Shown: positions 1-11,423 of the stretch, in pieces
Position numbering within the stretch: position 1 is the first letter of the stretch
Layout of the letters: each line of letters opens with the position of its first letter
Assembly: GCA_017480325.1 (NCBI GenBank)
Contig: JAFVAY010000014.1
Coordinates: 2,498 to 66,497 of the forward strand
Origin: Clostridiales bacterium
Lineage (GTDB): Bacteria > Bacillota > Clostridia > Saccharofermentanales > Saccharofermentanaceae
Direction: 5' to 3'
DNA: 64,000 bases
Position numbers and translations under genes: made by a program
Notes under the pieces: model-generated
Told to the model about the DNA's origin: nothing
The model's input: the letters and a program-made list of their open reading frames with translations, nothing else
Database searches by the model: none

Positions 1-679
1 CGTTTACGTCCTTCATGGTGAACATGTAGATGATCGTCGCCGAGATACCGATAGCGATGTTAATAAGCGACATCCCGTAGGTATAATACTGCAGGACTGC
101 GGCTATCACCGGTATCGATACAAACAGGACTATAGACACGCGAAGCAGTGTGTTAAGGCGCATGTAGTAGTTGATCAGGAACGAGGTCTGAAGTGCGATG
201 ATTATGAACGGCACCACATACGAGAAAATGAAGCCCGGTCCTCTCTGATACTGATTAAAGGCGTCGTAGTAATAGAAAAGTCCCGTGAACTGAGACACAA
301 CAAGAAGTATTACGCCGGCAATACCCAGAAGGTTGGATATTCGAAGCCTCATCGGTACCTTATTAAGACCCATCTCATTCAGGGCAAGATCCGAGATATA
401 GAGATTTACCGCCTCCAGGAACAGGATGACAAACAGGAACACGTTGAAGCTTAGAAGCTTCATGAATACAAGCCCGCTTGCTCCGGAACTGCCGTTGTTA
501 ATGTAAGAAAGGCTGTCAAACAATGCGATGAGTCCCGCACTGAGCTCCATGAAGATAAGCGCCGTCTTACGCCTCTTGGACAAAGTCTTCGTAATGCCGG
601 CAAGTATCGCCAGCATCATGCAGATGGCAAATATACAAAGCAATATATATGTTTGATACGTCAGTAAGAAATAACTCAT
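1..679 (-). CDS. Multi-TM membrane sensor protein, N-terminal part (runs off the window); probably the sensor region of a signalling enzyme
   Basis: Manual translation from ATG 679: MSYFLLTYQTYILLCIFAICMMLAILAG...FTGLFYYYDAFNQYQRGPGF..., about 7 hydrophobic helices. Starts 4 bp after the kinase stop. Confidence 0.7.
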   Translation of the reverse strand, partial: MSYFLLTYQTYILLCIFAICMMLAILAGITKTLSKRRKTALIFMELSAGLIALFDSLSYINNGSSGASGLVFMKLLSFNVFLFVILFLEAVNLYISDLALNEMGLNKVPMRLRISNLLGIAGVILLVVSQFTGLFYYYDAFNQYQRGPGFIFSYVVPFIIIALQTSFLINYYMRLNTLLRVSIVLFVSIPVIAAVLQYYTYGMSLINIAIGISATIIYMFTMKDVN

Positions 680-683
680 TTTA

Positions 684-3600
684 TCAATCCCTTGGCTTCA
701 GCATCTTCTCTTCCGGAAGGTTGCTCATAATGATCCTCTCCAGCAGCTCATGATCGATAGGCTTTACAAGACAGCCGTTAAAGCCCTTCTCCCTGAAGTA
801 CTCTTCGCCACCCTCGGAAGAGTTCGTAATCATTACATATACCGGAAGATCGGGGTGAGTCTTACGAATGATCTCCAGCGTCTCCTCGCCGCTTAATCCC
901 GGCATCTGCTGATCTAAGAACACCAGATCATAGCTTCCGGTCTTAAGCTTATCGACAGCGTCCTCTCCGCTTCTTGATCCGGTCACAAAGATCTTGGTGG
1001 GCTTAAGAAGCTCCTTCATGATCCGCATATCGGAATCATTGTCCTCTACCACCAGTATATTGGTATCCGGAGCTATGAAGTTCGGCACGTAACCGGACTC
1101 GTAAAGCTCCCCCGTGTTCTCGTTAAACTCACCTATCTCTTTGCCGTCGACCACCTTCTGCGAGACAGTCAGGATAAACTCCGTGCCCTCTCCGAAGACG
1201 GAATCGCACTCCATCTTACCTCCCATAAGCTTCGCGTACTGATAGGAGATATCAAGGCCCAAGCCGCTGCCCTTAACCGCCGCCGTGTGTTCGTCATCAA
1301 AGTGCTCGAAAGAGTTAAATATATTCTTAACATCCTCCTCCTTGATTCCGATACCGGTATCACGAACGCTCATTCTTAAATTGACGGTAGCATCATTCTT
1401 GCTTATTACTCGGATAATGAGCTTGACTCCGCCGTCCTCGGTAAAATCAACAGCGTTGATAAGAAGGTTGTTGATTATCTGTCTGATCTTGTTGCCGTCG
1501 CCGTAAAGCTTCACAGGAACAGTCGGGTCGAGATCAACCTCGAAGGAAAGCCTTTTCTCCTCGGCTCTGGCTCTTGTAGAAGCTATCGACTGCCTCAGCA
1601 GCTCCTCAGGATAGTATTCGAACTCATTAAGTCCTATCTGTCCGGACTCGATCCTCGAGATATCCAGAAGGTCGTTAACCAACGCCAGGAGCGACTCTGA
1701 TGCGTACTTGATATCCTTCGAGCGTTTCTTGATATTGGACACATACTGCTTAGGCTCATCCTCCGACATCTGCTCCCTTAAGATCATCTCATTCATACCG
1801 ACGATGGTATTGATAGGAGTTCTGATCTCGTGGCTCATATTCGCGAGGAATCCCGACTTTGCCGCGTTTGCCTTCTGGGCTTCGTCACGCGCCTGTTGAA
1901 GCTCCATGTATTGTCTTCTTACGACCGTGCTGGTCATAACGCGCCACACGATAATACCTGCTGCAGCGACTATGAGAACACCGATCATTATCCTTACGGA
2001 CCAAAGCTCGAAAAACTTCGGCGTCTTGGTTATAAGAAACGTCGTATCGGTAATAGGCTCTCCCGTACTCTTATCGAGGATCTGGATATGGAGAGTGTAT
2101 TCACCGTAAGAAAGGTCAGTATATTCCAGAGAAGAAAGTCTGCTTTGTGATGTGGTAATACCGGGGTCGCGCGTACCGTCAAGATAAACGTGTACATTAG
2201 GATTCGACAGCGTGTAATCAAGCACTGACGGCATGATCTGAAGACGTCCCTTACCTGCCGGGATCGTGTAGGTACCGTTCTCGTCAGGAAGAATAGGGTC
2301 ATCGTTCCAGTAAACGCCTCTTACACCGGTCAGAATCTGTGTCTCGCCCGTATAGTAGTTATCAATATTAACTCTCGATACCCCAGACTGACCTGCGATA
2401 TAAAGGTTCCCCTCCTCGTCAAGACAGCTGTGGCAGTGAGATACCGGCACACTGGTAAGTCCGTTAAAGACATCGTAGAGTCTGTAGTCGTCAATTGCAT
2501 TATTGATAGTCTCGGTAGCGTTTACAACATAGACACCCTGTGACGACAGTACCCACAGATTGCCATAGCTGTCGGGAATTATCTCGAAATTATTGTTATA
2601 CGGGAACGAAGTGACATTGGTAATGACGCCATTTCTCATAAACTCCAGGGAGTTGGAGGTTACTATCCAGTAAAGGTTATTGGCATCATCCCTCTTGATC
2701 CTCATTATTACTTCGCTAGTAAGACCGTCAACGGTACCTAACTGAGACACGCCGTCCTCACTTATGACATACAAACCGCCGCCGTCGGAGCCTGCAAGGA
2801 TCGTTCCGTTATCACCCTCGCTTATGGTAAGGATAGTCGCGTTATCTATACCGTCACTCTCGCCGTAGGTCTTTATCACCTGCATATCTCTTATGACCGC
2901 CACGCCGTTATTCGTAGCCGCCAGGATATCTCCGTCTGAGGTTTCCGACGTACATCTTACCTTGTTGTTGGGAAGTCCGTCGGATGTTGTAAAATCGATA
3001 ATCTCTCCGCCGGCGGTAAGGCAGACCAGACCTCGGTCTTCCGAAAAGGTCGAGAACCAGACGTTGCCCTGGCTGTCCTTCTCGATGTCTCGGATTCTGA
3101 TGCCGACCAGGTAATCAGTCATCTCATTAGTGATCTCGACATCATTGCTGTTAATGATATAAAGACCGTTATCCGTTCCTATATAAAGATTGCCGTTGTC
3201 AAGACACGTAGTATTTACAACCTGATCCTCGATTCCCGCGACACCGGTGTAGTTCAGGAAGTTATTTGTGGTAATCTTCATGACACCGAATCTAGAGGAT
3301 GCGAACCACATATTTCCCTGATAGTCGGATGTGATCATCTCGAACGCATCATGGATGGGAACATTCTCCAGGATTACAAACTCGTTATTCTCATCGATAT
3401 ATCCAGCCTTGTTACCGGTGGCAAGCCAGAGGCGATTACAGCCGTAATACATACAGTTGACATCCTCGGAATCACCGAGATCGATCCTCTCGAGTGCGGA
3501 TGTGCCTGCACCGTAACGTCCGTGATAGATAGCGTTAAGAGATGTTCCTATGTAGAGCTCGCCCGCATTCTCAGGATCCGCTATTATGCAGTTGATCCTC

Positions 3601-4292
3601 GCGATTCCGAGGTTCCCGCTCTCGTAATAGGAGCTTATACCGCCTTCATTTATCTGGAAGATCGCACCGTTCTTGGTAACACCGTATACATTACCTGCGA
3701 CGTCGGAAACCAGATTGACAATTATCTCGTGATTGATACGATCATCATCGATGGGATATACATTCATATCAGAGCCCAGACGCACGACTCCCGCGGTAGT
3801 TCCGACGTAGACCGTTCCGTTCCCGTCCTGCGCGAAGCATCTTATAGACAGAGACGGCAGTCCGTCAGCTCTTGTGTAATGCCTGCTCTGTTCGCCGTCT
3901 ATGACGACCACGCCGTTATCGTTAGTAGCAACCCAGATCCTTCCTGTCCTATCCTCATAGATAGCTCTTCCACTGGTCAAGCCCTCAACAGATGTTATTC
4001 TCTCGAACTCGTTGCCGTCGAATCTCATGATTCCGCTGTAGCCGCCGATCCAGATATAACCGTCAGAAGCTGCCAACACACAGTTAGCCTCAGAAGTGGG
4101 AAGCCCGTTATTCGCATTATAAAGCTGCGCCGAGAATCCGACGTCCTCCAGCTGACCTGTAACGGCATAGCCTCCGCCCGTCATGTCATAGCCGGCATCA
4201 TCCGTCTTGGCAAGCGCCGTGAAAGAAACTCCTGATATACACAGAGCGAGAAGGAAAACTGTTAATCCGGTTTTTAATCCGAGACGCTTCAT
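684..4292 (-). CDS. Hybrid sensor histidine kinase/response regulator with extracellular two-component regulator propeller and Y_Y_Y domain
   Basis: Signal peptide; repeated GLP..I..I..D..G.IW propeller motifs; [11 protein letters not shown] (Y_Y_Y); TM helix; H-box SHEIRTP; G boxes DTGIGI and GSGLGL; C-terminal receiver (VFLDQQMP). Confidence 0.93.
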   Translation of the reverse strand: MKRLGLKTGLTVFLLALCISGVSFTALAKTDDAGYDMTGGGYAVTGQLEDVGFSAQLYNANNGLPTSEANCVLAASDGYIWIGGYSGIMRFDGNEFERITSVEGLTSGRAIYEDRTGRIWVATNDNGVVVIDGEQSRHYTRADGLPSLSIRCFAQDGNGTVYVGTTAGVVRLGSDMNVYPIDDDRINHEIIVNLVSDVAGNVYGVTKNGAIFQINEGGISSYYESGNLGIARINCIIADPENAGELYIGTSLNAIYHGRYGAGTSALERIDLGDSEDVNCMYYGCNRLWLATGNKAGYIDENNEFVILENVPIHDAFEMITSDYQGNMWFASSRFGVMKITTNNFLNYTGVAGIEDQVVNTTCLDNGNLYIGTDNGLYIINSNDVEITNEMTDYLVGIRIRDIEKDSQGNVWFSTFSEDRGLVCLTAGGEIIDFTTSDGLPNNKVRCTSETSDGDILAATNNGVAVIRDMQVIKTYGESDGIDNATILTISEGDNGTILAGSDGGGLYVISEDGVSQLGTVDGLTSEVIMRIKRDDANNLYWIVTSNSLEFMRNGVITNVTSFPYNNNFEIIPDSYGNLWVLSSQGVYVVNATETINNAIDDYRLYDVFNGLTSVPVSHCHSCLDEEGNLYIAGQSGVSRVNIDNYYTGETQILTGVRGVYWNDDPILPDENGTYTIPAGKGRLQIMPSVLDYTLSNPNVHVYLDGTRDPGITTSQSRLSSLEYTDLSYGEYTLHIQILDKSTGEPITDTTFLITKTPKFFELWSVRIMIGVLIVAAAGIIVWRVMTSTVVRRQYMELQQARDEAQKANAAKSGFLANMSHEIRTPINTIVGMNEMILREQMSEDEPKQYVSNIKKRSKDIKYASESLLALVNDLLDISRIESGQIGLNEFEYYPEELLRQSIASTRARAEEKRLSFEVDLDPTVPVKLYGDGNKIRQIINNLLINAVDFTEDGGVKLIIRVISKNDATVNLRMSVRDTGIGIKEEDVKNIFNSFEHFDDEHTAAVKGSGLGLDISYQYAKLMGGKMECDSVFGEGTEFILTVSQKVVDGKEIGEFNENTGELYESGYVPNFIAPDTNILVVEDNDSDMRIMKELLKPTKIFVTGSRSGEDAVDKLKTGSYDLVFLDQQMPGLSGEETLEIIRKTHPDLPVYVMITNSSEGGEEYFREKGFNGCLVKPIDHELLERIIMSNLPEEKMLKPRD

Positions 4293-6460
4293 CACTCCTC
4301 CTTAAACTTGTTCATGATCTTGACCGCTTCGTCGATGGATTCGAGGAAGACCTCTACGCACTTGGGATCAAACTGCGTGCCGGAGCCCTCCTTGATGATG
4401 GAGATAGCCTTCTCTAGAGGGAAAGCAGGCTTATAGACACGGGGAGAAACAAGCGCGTCGAATACATCCGCCACAGACATAACACGCGCCGAGAGAGGAA
4501 TGACCTCGCCATGAAGTCCTTCGGGATAACCCTTGCCGTCCCAGCGTTCGTGGTGATAGCCCGCCATGTTACGAGCCTCCTTAAGGTAGGTGTCACCGTC
4601 TACCTTGCTTATGGCGCTCTCGATCATCTTACGGCCTTCTGTGGTATGAGTCTTCATTATCGCGAACTCTTCGTCAGTAAGTTTGCCCGGCTTATTAAGA
4701 ACCGTGTCAGAGACAGCTATCTTACCTACATCGTGCAGAGGCGCACTCATCTCTACGTCTCTTATATATTTATCCGTGATCTTCTCCGTGTAGTAACCGT
4801 TGCGTTTCAGTCCCTCGAGAATAAGCCTTACATAAGCGGCAGTCTTCTGAACATGAGCACCGGTATCGGAGTCTCGGGACTCGACCATGTCCGCCATGGT
4901 AATGATAAGTCCTGTTTGCATCTTCGAGATCTCTTCCGACTTGTTCCTAATGTCGGTGGTCTGTGCCACGGTGTCAGAGGTCATCTTACAGATAGCCTTA
5001 TAAAGAAGCTCCAGCTCGTCACCGGTCCGGATATCGAGACTCTCTATCTTCTTAAGCTTCTCCTCATAGTCATCGTCATCCATGAAGGCAACTTCGTTGG
5101 CGTAATTCGTCATCGCGGCTATAGGCATAAGGATACGATATCTCGCTATCCAAACACCCATCAACACGATAAGCAGGAAGAACCCGGCGAAAAGCAGGAT
5201 TACCCGTACAATAAAGTCCCTGGTATTCTCGTTTATGATCGAACACTTAATGTTGGATATCACATAGCACACCAGATTGCCTTCTTTATCAAAAAGAGGA
5301 TGATAGTGCATCAGATATTCGCCATATTCATCATGAACCTCCAGTGTCGGAACCTCCTCACCTGCCAGAAGCTGGTCCTTGTAGTCAACAAACTCAACCT
5401 CGTAGTCTATGAGAGAACCGGGACGAACACCGGGGACAAAGGTGCCGTTCGGCAGTGTGGCATCCAGGTCGAACACCACGCGGCAGCCGTTAGGCTCAGG
5501 TCTGTAGGCGTAGAGGAACTGAATCTCATCAGAGCTGTTCATGATGGTATAGAGCTTCTCTCTTACATCCGAATAGCCCTCCGCCTCGAAGCCGTATCGT
5601 ATGTAATCATCTACCCTCTCAGGGTCAATCTCATTCGCGGCGATGATAGCTATCTGCTCGGCATTAGCGGAGATCTGCTCCCTGGTCCTGTCTCTGTAAT
5701 TGATAAGGGCAAATACCGTTATGATAACAGCCATCAGGCTTCCGGATAGAACAACTAACAGGATCGTTCTGGCGCCAATGGATAATCTGCCTCTTATGTT
5801 TGTTATTACTTCGCTCTGCTCTCCACTGCTGATTTTCTTATGCCTCCAGCCGGAGACCATAAGGGAATTCTTAAGGCTCGAGGGCAGGAAATACATTATC
5901 GCAAGCGCGATAACAACCGTAACAGTCTTGTCGATGATGTCTGTTAAGAATGTAGCTATTATGTGACCGCCAAGCACTCCGATACCGAAGGTGCTGTTAA
6001 GCCAATCCATTATGCTTACAAGCATCGGCGCATCCGCAGGACCGTACAGGAACCAGGTTATGAGCGAACCTATACCGCCGCCGATAAGAGCGATTATGAG
6101 TATATACAGAACCTTGTAGCCGAACTTCTTTATTAACTTGCTCTCGAAGAAAGCACCGGTGACCATAGCTATGAGCACGCTCAACGATGCGTAGAAGATG
6201 GACTCGCCGTCCACTATGAAGTTTACGATGTTGGTGCAAAGAGCAGTAATGATACCGGGAACGATTCCTCCTAACGCTGTGGCGATAATTGAGCCTACGT
6301 TATCAATATAGAAAGGAAGTCCGGTCTGCTTAATAAGATACGAGAGTATAAAGTTAAGCGCGGTACCGCACAGAATCAGAACAAAAACATTCGGGCGCAT
6401 CAACCCTCTGTTTCTGCTCCCGGTCTTATCGATACTTTTGTTAGAACTGTTCTCTGTCAC
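4292..6460 (-). CDS. HD-GYP cyclic-dinucleotide phosphodiesterase with N-terminal ECF S-component-like membrane domain and extracellular sensor/HAMP region
   Basis: [17 protein letters not shown] and DVFDAL motifs. N-terminal [27 protein letters not shown] resembles ECF S components. Confidence 0.9.
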   Translation of the reverse strand: MTENSSNKSIDKTGSRNRGLMRPNVFVLILCGTALNFILSYLIKQTGLPFYIDNVGSIIATALGGIVPGIITALCTNIVNFIVDGESIFYASLSVLIAMVTGAFFESKLIKKFGYKVLYILIIALIGGGIGSLITWFLYGPADAPMLVSIMDWLNSTFGIGVLGGHIIATFLTDIIDKTVTVVIALAIMYFLPSSLKNSLMVSGWRHKKISSGEQSEVITNIRGRLSIGARTILLVVLSGSLMAVIITVFALINYRDRTREQISANAEQIAIIAANEIDPERVDDYIRYGFEAEGYSDVREKLYTIMNSSDEIQFLYAYRPEPNGCRVVFDLDATLPNGTFVPGVRPGSLIDYEVEFVDYKDQLLAGEEVPTLEVHDEYGEYLMHYHPLFDKEGNLVCYVISNIKCSIINENTRDFIVRVILLFAGFFLLIVLMGVWIARYRILMPIAAMTNYANEVAFMDDDDYEEKLKKIESLDIRTGDELELLYKAICKMTSDTVAQTTDIRNKSEEISKMQTGLIITMADMVESRDSDTGAHVQKTAAYVRLILEGLKRNGYYTEKITDKYIRDVEMSAPLHDVGKIAVSDTVLNKPGKLTDEEFAIMKTHTTEGRKMIESAISKVDGDTYLKEARNMAGYHHERWDGKGYPEGLHGEVIPLSARVMSVADVFDALVSPRVYKPAFPLEKAISIIKEGSGTQFDPKCVEVFLESIDEAVKIMNKFKEE

Positions 6461-6516
6461 AAAATACCTCGTTCTAGTATTATATATTATTTTTAGTTTT
6501 ATTTGTTTCTTCCCGC

Positions 6517-6553
6517 GTTTGTTTAAAGTTTGTTCAAAGTAATATGCTAGAAT
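6517..6553 (+). promoter_or_regulatory. Promoter of the GGDEF gene: 11-bp direct repeat plus extended -10
   Basis: GTTTGTTTAAA (6517-6527) and GTTTGTTCAAA (6528-6538), then TGcTAGAAT (6545-6553), 6 nt before ATG 6560. Confidence 0.5.
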
Positions 6554-6559
6554 TCATGT

Positions 6560-8323
6560 ATGGTCGATTCTCATATTCTTGAAGTGCTGATTGCTTCTAA
6601 TGATCACAGAATGATTTCCGCCAGTACCCAGGCGTGGGGACTGGTTAATAATAATGTCTTCGTTTCCTTTGAATCTTTGCTGACGAAGGAAAGCAGAGAG
6701 GATTTTCTGAAGCATATAGATTTGGCCGATTCGTCGTGGTTTACGATTGTTTTCGAGAATAAAGAGGAGGAGCCGTATATCGCGAGGGTAGAAAGTGATG
6801 CTTCTGCGCAGAACGAGACCCCTGCTATACGGGTTGTGCTGGCGCGTCTGGACGAGCTTATGGAAGGGCAGCTTCAGCAGAACCAGCTGCTTGCGACCTA
6901 CGATGATATGCTTTCCTTCCATGAGGACCTCTATTATGAGTATCTGCCGGATCAGGACCAGATTGTACTATTTAACGTTCAGCATACGAATTTCAAGCAG
7001 GGCAGTCTGAGCCTTGACGATTTTTATGAGCGGTTGAAGGAGGAGTGCGAGCCTGCGTATCTAAGTCTTCTTGACGATTGGGTGAAGCATCTTCGTATGG
7101 GCTCATCCCGGTTCAGGATCAATATCCCCTGTAATCTCATTAATCGTAATGACGACGGAGTGCAGGCAGTAATAGTGCATGGTGTTAAGGCCCATCACCG
7201 CGACGGCAGAAATAATGTTATCGGAATGATTCACCCTCTGCGCGACCGTACCAGCGATGACGTGGAAGTCAATTATGATGCTCTTACGGGCGTGCTCTCG
7301 CGCGAATTCATCATAAAGCAGGCAACGGAACGCATTGACTTAAGAAAGGCTGAACGCACTGCGCTTGCTATTATTGATGTTGATTACTTCAAGCACATAA
7401 ACGATAACTACGGTCATCAACGAGGCGATGAAGTATTGAAGCAGGTAGCATCTCTGATGCAGGAAGAAATCGGCTCAGCCGGACTCGTCGGTCGCATAGG
7501 CGGAGATGAGTTTATGATCATGCTGTACCATGTGGAAGACGAGAACGAGCTTCGCGCATACTTGAGAAGTATCAAGTGCGTTCTTGCGGCAAGGCAGGAT
7601 AAAATAACCGTTTCCATCGGTGCTGCTGTTTTCCCCGATGATGCCTCTAATTATAATGATCTGTTCATGGTATCCGACTTCTGTCTTTATCTTGCGAAGG
7701 AGAAGGGACGCAACCGCTATATAATTCACACTCCCGAGAAACATCCTCTTGTGGAACAGATACGCGAGATGAGAGTAAACGGCGAGCGTAATTTCATCCG
7801 CGGAAGAGACGATTTGCCGTTGGGAGAGGCTGTGGTTCAATTACAGCATCTTGTACTTTATGGCGACCCGCCTCCGATAGGCGCGCTTCTCTCGGAATTT
7901 GCAGAGAGGGCAAACATCCCCATTTTGTCACTTTGGAGAAGCGATACGCGAGAGCTTATTGCCGCAGGAGGAGCCGACCTTAAGGATATCGACGCCCTCA
8001 CTTCTTACTTTAAGGATCACGCCCCGGAAGAGCTGTGGACTGATCGATATAACGAACACGGGATGTGCGTTGTCAACCGCGTGGATAAGACGGAAGAAGG
8101 GTGCCTGGAGATACGCATTCCGTTAATCGAATGCCGTGTCGGGTCATATATCTATGTGCCCCTTAAGGATGCTAACGGTGCTTCTGTTGCTCTGATCTTC
8201 GCGGTAGTCAACCGTAATATCTTCTGGAATCAGCAGCATTATATGCACTACCGCCTGTTCGCGGACCTCATCACTCACTACAACCTCACAGCATCGACAC
8301 CGGAATCACAGAAGCTACCATAA
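6560..8323 (+). CDS. Diguanylate cyclase (GGDEF domain)
   Basis: DALTG, IDVDYFKHINDNYGHQRGD, RIGGDEF and AKEKGRN motifs. No RxxD I-site upstream of GGDEF. Confidence 0.92.
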   Translation: MVDSHILEVLIASNDHRMISASTQAWGLVNNNVFVSFESLLTKESREDFLKHIDLADSSWFTIVFENKEEEPYIARVESDASAQNETPAIRVVLARLDELMEGQLQQNQLLATYDDMLSFHEDLYYEYLPDQDQIVLFNVQHTNFKQGSLSLDDFYERLKEECEPAYLSLLDDWVKHLRMGSSRFRINIPCNLINRNDDGVQAVIVHGVKAHHRDGRNNVIGMIHPLRDRTSDDVEVNYDALTGVLSREFIIKQATERIDLRKAERTALAIIDVDYFKHINDNYGHQRGDEVLKQVASLMQEEIGSAGLVGRIGGDEFMIMLYHVEDENELRAYLRSIKCVLAARQDKITVSIGAAVFPDDASNYNDLFMVSDFCLYLAKEKGRNRYIIHTPEKHPLVEQIREMRVNGERNFIRGRDDLPLGEAVVQLQHLVLYGDPPPIGALLSEFAERANIPILSLWRSDTRELIAAGGADLKDIDALTSYFKDHAPEELWTDRYNEHGMCVVNRVDKTEEGCLEIRIPLIECRVGSYIYVPLKDANGASVALIFAVVNRNIFWNQQHYMHYRLFADLITHYNLTASTPESQKLP

Positions 8324-8720
8324 TCAGCAGAATATTGATAACGGTCATAAGAAGATAAATCCAGGGGCTTCTGTTCATTTTTACGTTGCTTACAACAAAT
8401 CCCGCAACCCCCGCCAAAGCATATATGACAATCAGGCAGAACAGAACAGCATAAATATTCCGCTCTCTTCTCGCTCTGATGAGTTCATCTTCCACGCTGT
8501 AGAATGTGTTATCAGATGTCGCTTCAGAAGGTGCTTCTGAGGAATTAATCGCTGACTGCACCCCTTCAAGTTCAGGAGAATGCTCGCTGACTACAAAAGG
8601 AGTACAAATACTGACCCATGTGTTGGCTTGCTCCAGGAAAGCATAAGATAAAAACAGACAAACAGACATCGTTATCAGCCAACAAATGAAAGCTGCCGCA
8701 AATCCTGATGTCTTGCTCAT
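8286..8720 (-). CDS. Hypothetical membrane protein (3 TM)
   Basis: ORF with GAGGGGG RBS and three hydrophobic segments. Confidence 0.65.
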   Translation of the reverse strand: MSKTSGFAAAFICWLITMSVCLFLSYAFLEQANTWVSICTPFVVSEHSPELEGVQSAINSSEAPSEATSDNTFYSVEDELIRARRERNIYAVLFCLIVIYALAGVAGFVVSNVKMNRSPWIYLLMTVINILLIMVASVIPVSML

Positions 8721-8797
8721 AGCATCCCCCTCGTATTCCCTCTGTCAAATGCCTACATTATATACCCTACCTGTGGCGGATTAACACCTTGACCAGA

Positions 8798-8854
8798 ACA
8801 GTAAAGGACAGTAAAAGACAGTAAAAAATTTTCTAAACAGTAAACGACAGTAAA
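8798..8854. repeat. Intergenic direct-repeat array, 5x ACAGTAAA (spacing 10-10-19-10)
   Basis: Copies start at 8798, 8808, 8818, 8837 and 8847. Confidence 0.9.
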
Positions 8855-8859
8855 AACTT

Positions 8860-9285
8860 TTACTCTCGCGCCTTCTGCTCCTGGATCTTCTTAAGCAAAG
8901 CGTCCTGTTTTCGCGTTTCCGAGAAAACCCTGTAGTAGTATAGCCCGGCGAGGAAGATGTACGGTATCGTGAAAGAGCGGAAATACTCGAACCACCCCCG
9001 GGGCGTGATGGGCTCCACCAGAATACTTAATGCAAGAAGCATCAGCCCGATAAGCGCGCAGGCAACCAGGTACTGCACTATTATCATCACAAGCGGACTC
9101 ACCCCGTCGAAAAGCCGGTGCAGATACAGCACAAACGTCGCGATCGCGCAGGTAGCAAACATGACGAGTACATTCGCGTTATTCGTCTCGGTTCCGGCAA
9201 TGATGTTTACTATCGCACCCATGACCGACACAAACGTATATACGCAGCAAAGCTCTAGCAAAAATTGTTTCGTCCGGTCGCTCAT
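8860..9285 (-). CDS. Four-TM membrane protein, probable LytTR-regulatory-system inhibitor (DUF3021/DUF6608-like)
   Basis: Overlaps the LytTR gene stop (ATGA coupling); 4 TM helices and a basic C-terminal tail. Confidence 0.75.
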   Translation of the reverse strand: MSDRTKQFLLELCCVYTFVSVMGAIVNIIAGTETNNANVLVMFATCAIATFVLYLHRLFDGVSPLVMIIVQYLVACALIGLMLLALSILVEPITPRGWFEYFRSFTIPYIFLAGLYYYRVFSETRKQDALLKKIQEQKARE

Positions 9286-9755
9286 TGCCCCATCCTCCTC
9301 ATTCTGACAAGATACTCGTTAAAGCTCTTCTTGTAGCTTCTGTTGATGCAGATCCTCTCGCCGTTATCAAAGGATGCGTACACCTTCATATTCACGTCCG
9401 GCTTCAGCTGCTTTACCTTGTAGATGTTGATAAGATTCGACTTCGAGACCCTGACAAACCCGTAATTCCAGAGCATCTGCTCGCACGCGGACAGAGTCTG
9501 CATAAGCCTGTAAACCCCGTCCCTCGTATAAGCGAATAGTTTCCTGTCGATATGATCCAGATAGTAAATCTCCTTTGGGTCCAGGATTATCTCCTCCCCG
9601 TCGTCAAGATCCTCATCGGCAGGACGCCCGCTTAAAGTCGGGCGCTCCGAATTGACCGTATCTATAAGCTGCTTAATGACCGGTCGCATCTTGGCATAGT
9701 ATATGTCAACCCGCTCATCCACATTGTTCCTGTCTTCGTAAAGGTTAAGTCTCAT
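9282..9755 (-). CDS. Stand-alone LytTR family transcriptional regulator
   Basis: FVRVSKSNLIN and INRSY LytTR motifs; no receiver domain. Confidence 0.92.
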   Translation of the reverse strand: MRLNLYEDRNNVDERVDIYYAKMRPVIKQLIDTVNSERPTLSGRPADEDLDDGEEIILDPKEIYYLDHIDRKLFAYTRDGVYRLMQTLSACEQMLWNYGFVRVSKSNLINIYKVKQLKPDVNMKVYASFDNGERICINRSYKKSFNEYLVRMRRMGQ

Positions 9756-9764
9756 TGTCCCCTG

Positions 9765-10718
9765 TCACAATCCTATGTTATCGAAAAAGCCTTCCACTTC
9801 ATTCATGTATTCCTCGGGGCAGTCGATGATCCCTTCGATATGCTCGCTGTCGAAATGAACAATCTGCCTGTCCTCGCAAGCTATATTAGCATAGATTGCT
9901 TCTACCTGTTCAGGCAGACAGACCTCGTCACGGTCATTCACGATAATGAGCGTGGGGAGGTTATCCGTAGCGACAACATTGATCGTGTCGGCATCGTCGT
10001 AATCTATGCCGTAAAAAAGATTCATGAATACCTTGCTCGTACCAGTAAGATAATTTGCCAGGAAACTGTCCGTGTCGCCGTCGCCGAACATCTCCTTCAG
10101 GATAAGCTCCATCCCGGGAACCGGACTGTCGCAGATAACCGCGTCCGCCGCCTCTTCAGAGCCTGCGGTCACATTGGATGCGTAGATCGCCACCGTCTGG
10201 GCACCCATGGACTGCCCATGCACGATGACCGTCCCATAGTTTAAGCTCTCTCTTGCATAAAGAACCATCGCCTTGACGTCGAGGGACTCATTAATCCCGA
10301 ACGTTACTCGGTCGTCCGGATTCACGCCGCTTCCCCGCTGGTCGATTGCGATTACATCGTAACCTCTCTGAAGATACCCCTCGGCAAGAGGATATGCGCT
10401 CACCCTGTCGCCGCCCGCGCCGTGCACGAGTATCACGCACTTATCACTTCCATTCTCGAAAAGCGTCGCCGGTACTTCATTCCCGTCTTCTGCCTGTGCT
10501 GATATATCTATACCTGCATACTCTTCGTTGAAAGCATCGATATCGTATCCCCAGACCTCCAGCTGTTTTAAGCTGTTATCTATTGTATCCTTGCCGTCGT
10601 TCTGGTGAAGGATCCTGTCAGCTACATAGCCTCCCATCGCCACCGAACCTGCCAGAGCAACAAATGCCAGAACTCCTGCTGTGATTGCTATCCCTTTGAT
10701 CAACTTATTCTTTCTCAT
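9765..10718 (-). CDS. Secreted or membrane-anchored alpha/beta hydrolase
   Basis: HG oxyanion motif, GQSMG nucleophile elbow, C-terminal Asp/His, N-terminal TM. Confidence 0.9.
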   Translation of the reverse strand: MRKNKLIKGIAITAGVLAFVALAGSVAMGGYVADRILHQNDGKDTIDNSLKQLEVWGYDIDAFNEEYAGIDISAQAEDGNEVPATLFENGSDKCVILVHGAGGDRVSAYPLAEGYLQRGYDVIAIDQRGSGVNPDDRVTFGINESLDVKAMVLYARESLNYGTVIVHGQSMGAQTVAIYASNVTAGSEEAADAVICDSPVPGMELILKEMFGDGDTDSFLANYLTGTSKVFMNLFYGIDYDDADTINVVATDNLPTLIIVNDRDEVCLPEQVEAIYANIACEDRQIVHFDSEHIEGIIDCPEEYMNEVEGFFDNIGL

Positions 10719-10754
10719 GATTTGAACTCCTCGTCTTGCTGTTTGATGGTGTCA

Positions 10755-10823
10755 CCTTATCAAACCCTCGACGAGAGCGTCGTCAAATCTGCCTAAGTTG
10801 CATTACGGGATGCGCAAGTTGCA
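10755..10823 (-). promoter_or_regulatory. LytTR-type promoter: TGCAACTT direct repeat (21-bp period) upstream of an extended -10
   Basis: AAGTTGCA at 10795-10802 and 10816-10823 on the + strand. On the minus strand these are followed by TTGACG and TGaTAAGGT before the hydrolase RBS. Confidence 0.7.
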
Positions 10824-10826
10824 GTG

Positions 10827-11219
10827 TTAGGTCTCCTCTACGAGCTCTATCATCCCTATAGCCGGATTAAGCATGAAACAGACCTTACGCCCGCCTATAG
10901 CCACTGCAGGCTCTATATCACCCAGCGGATAGTACCCCTTCTCGTGAAGCTCGATCTGGGCCTTGCTGATGTCATCGCAGTAGTAGCAGATGTGATAAGG
11001 CGAGTTCCCGATCTTCTTCAATGTATTGGCAACCACAGATTCGGGAGACTTAGGCTGGACCAGCTCGATCCTATAATCGCCGTTTACCATGAACAATATA
11101 TCTATGTCTCTTAAGGGATCGTAAACGACCTCTCCCTCAGCCTCATAGCCCAGCTCCTCGAAGGGCCCACGCGCCTTCGCTATATTCTTAACCAAATACC
11201 CGATATGATGAATTCTCAT
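10827..11219 (-). CDS. VOC/glyoxalase family protein (methylmalonyl-CoA epimerase-like)
   Basis: HHIGY, IELVQP, YHICY and IELVE metal-binding motifs. Confidence 0.88.
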   Translation of the reverse strand: MRIHHIGYLVKNIAKARGPFEELGYEAEGEVVYDPLRDIDILFMVNGDYRIELVQPKSPESVVANTLKKIGNSPYHICYYCDDISKAQIELHEKGYYPLGDIEPAVAIGGRKVCFMLNPAIGMIELVEET

Positions 11220-11263
11220 AATTACCCTGACTCCTATTGATCTTGCAGTTTGTGCGATTGACT

Positions 11264-11384
11264 GTCTACGTTCTTGTCTATGTAATTATAAATCATGGAC
11301 ACAAACATAGAAAAAGGCTTCAAAGATCAGCAAAAGTCTATGTTCTCGTCTATGTAATCGTAAAACATAGACACGATCATAGAC
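11264..11384. repeat. Intergenic duplicated palindromic unit, GTCTAYG-N5-GTCTATG-N11-CATRGAC-N5-CATAGAM, x2 at 72-bp period
   Basis: Heptamers start at 11264, 11276, 11294, 11306 and at 11336, 11348, 11366, 11378. Confidence 0.9.
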
Positions 11385-11423
11385 ATGCGTCTCATTGGCG
11401 CTTGTCGCACGGTTATTTAGAAA

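Noticed and set aside
3351-5749. Long + strand ORFs (294 aa and 412 aa)
   Set aside because: Antisense shadows of the kinase and HD-GYP genes, with no recognisable motifs.
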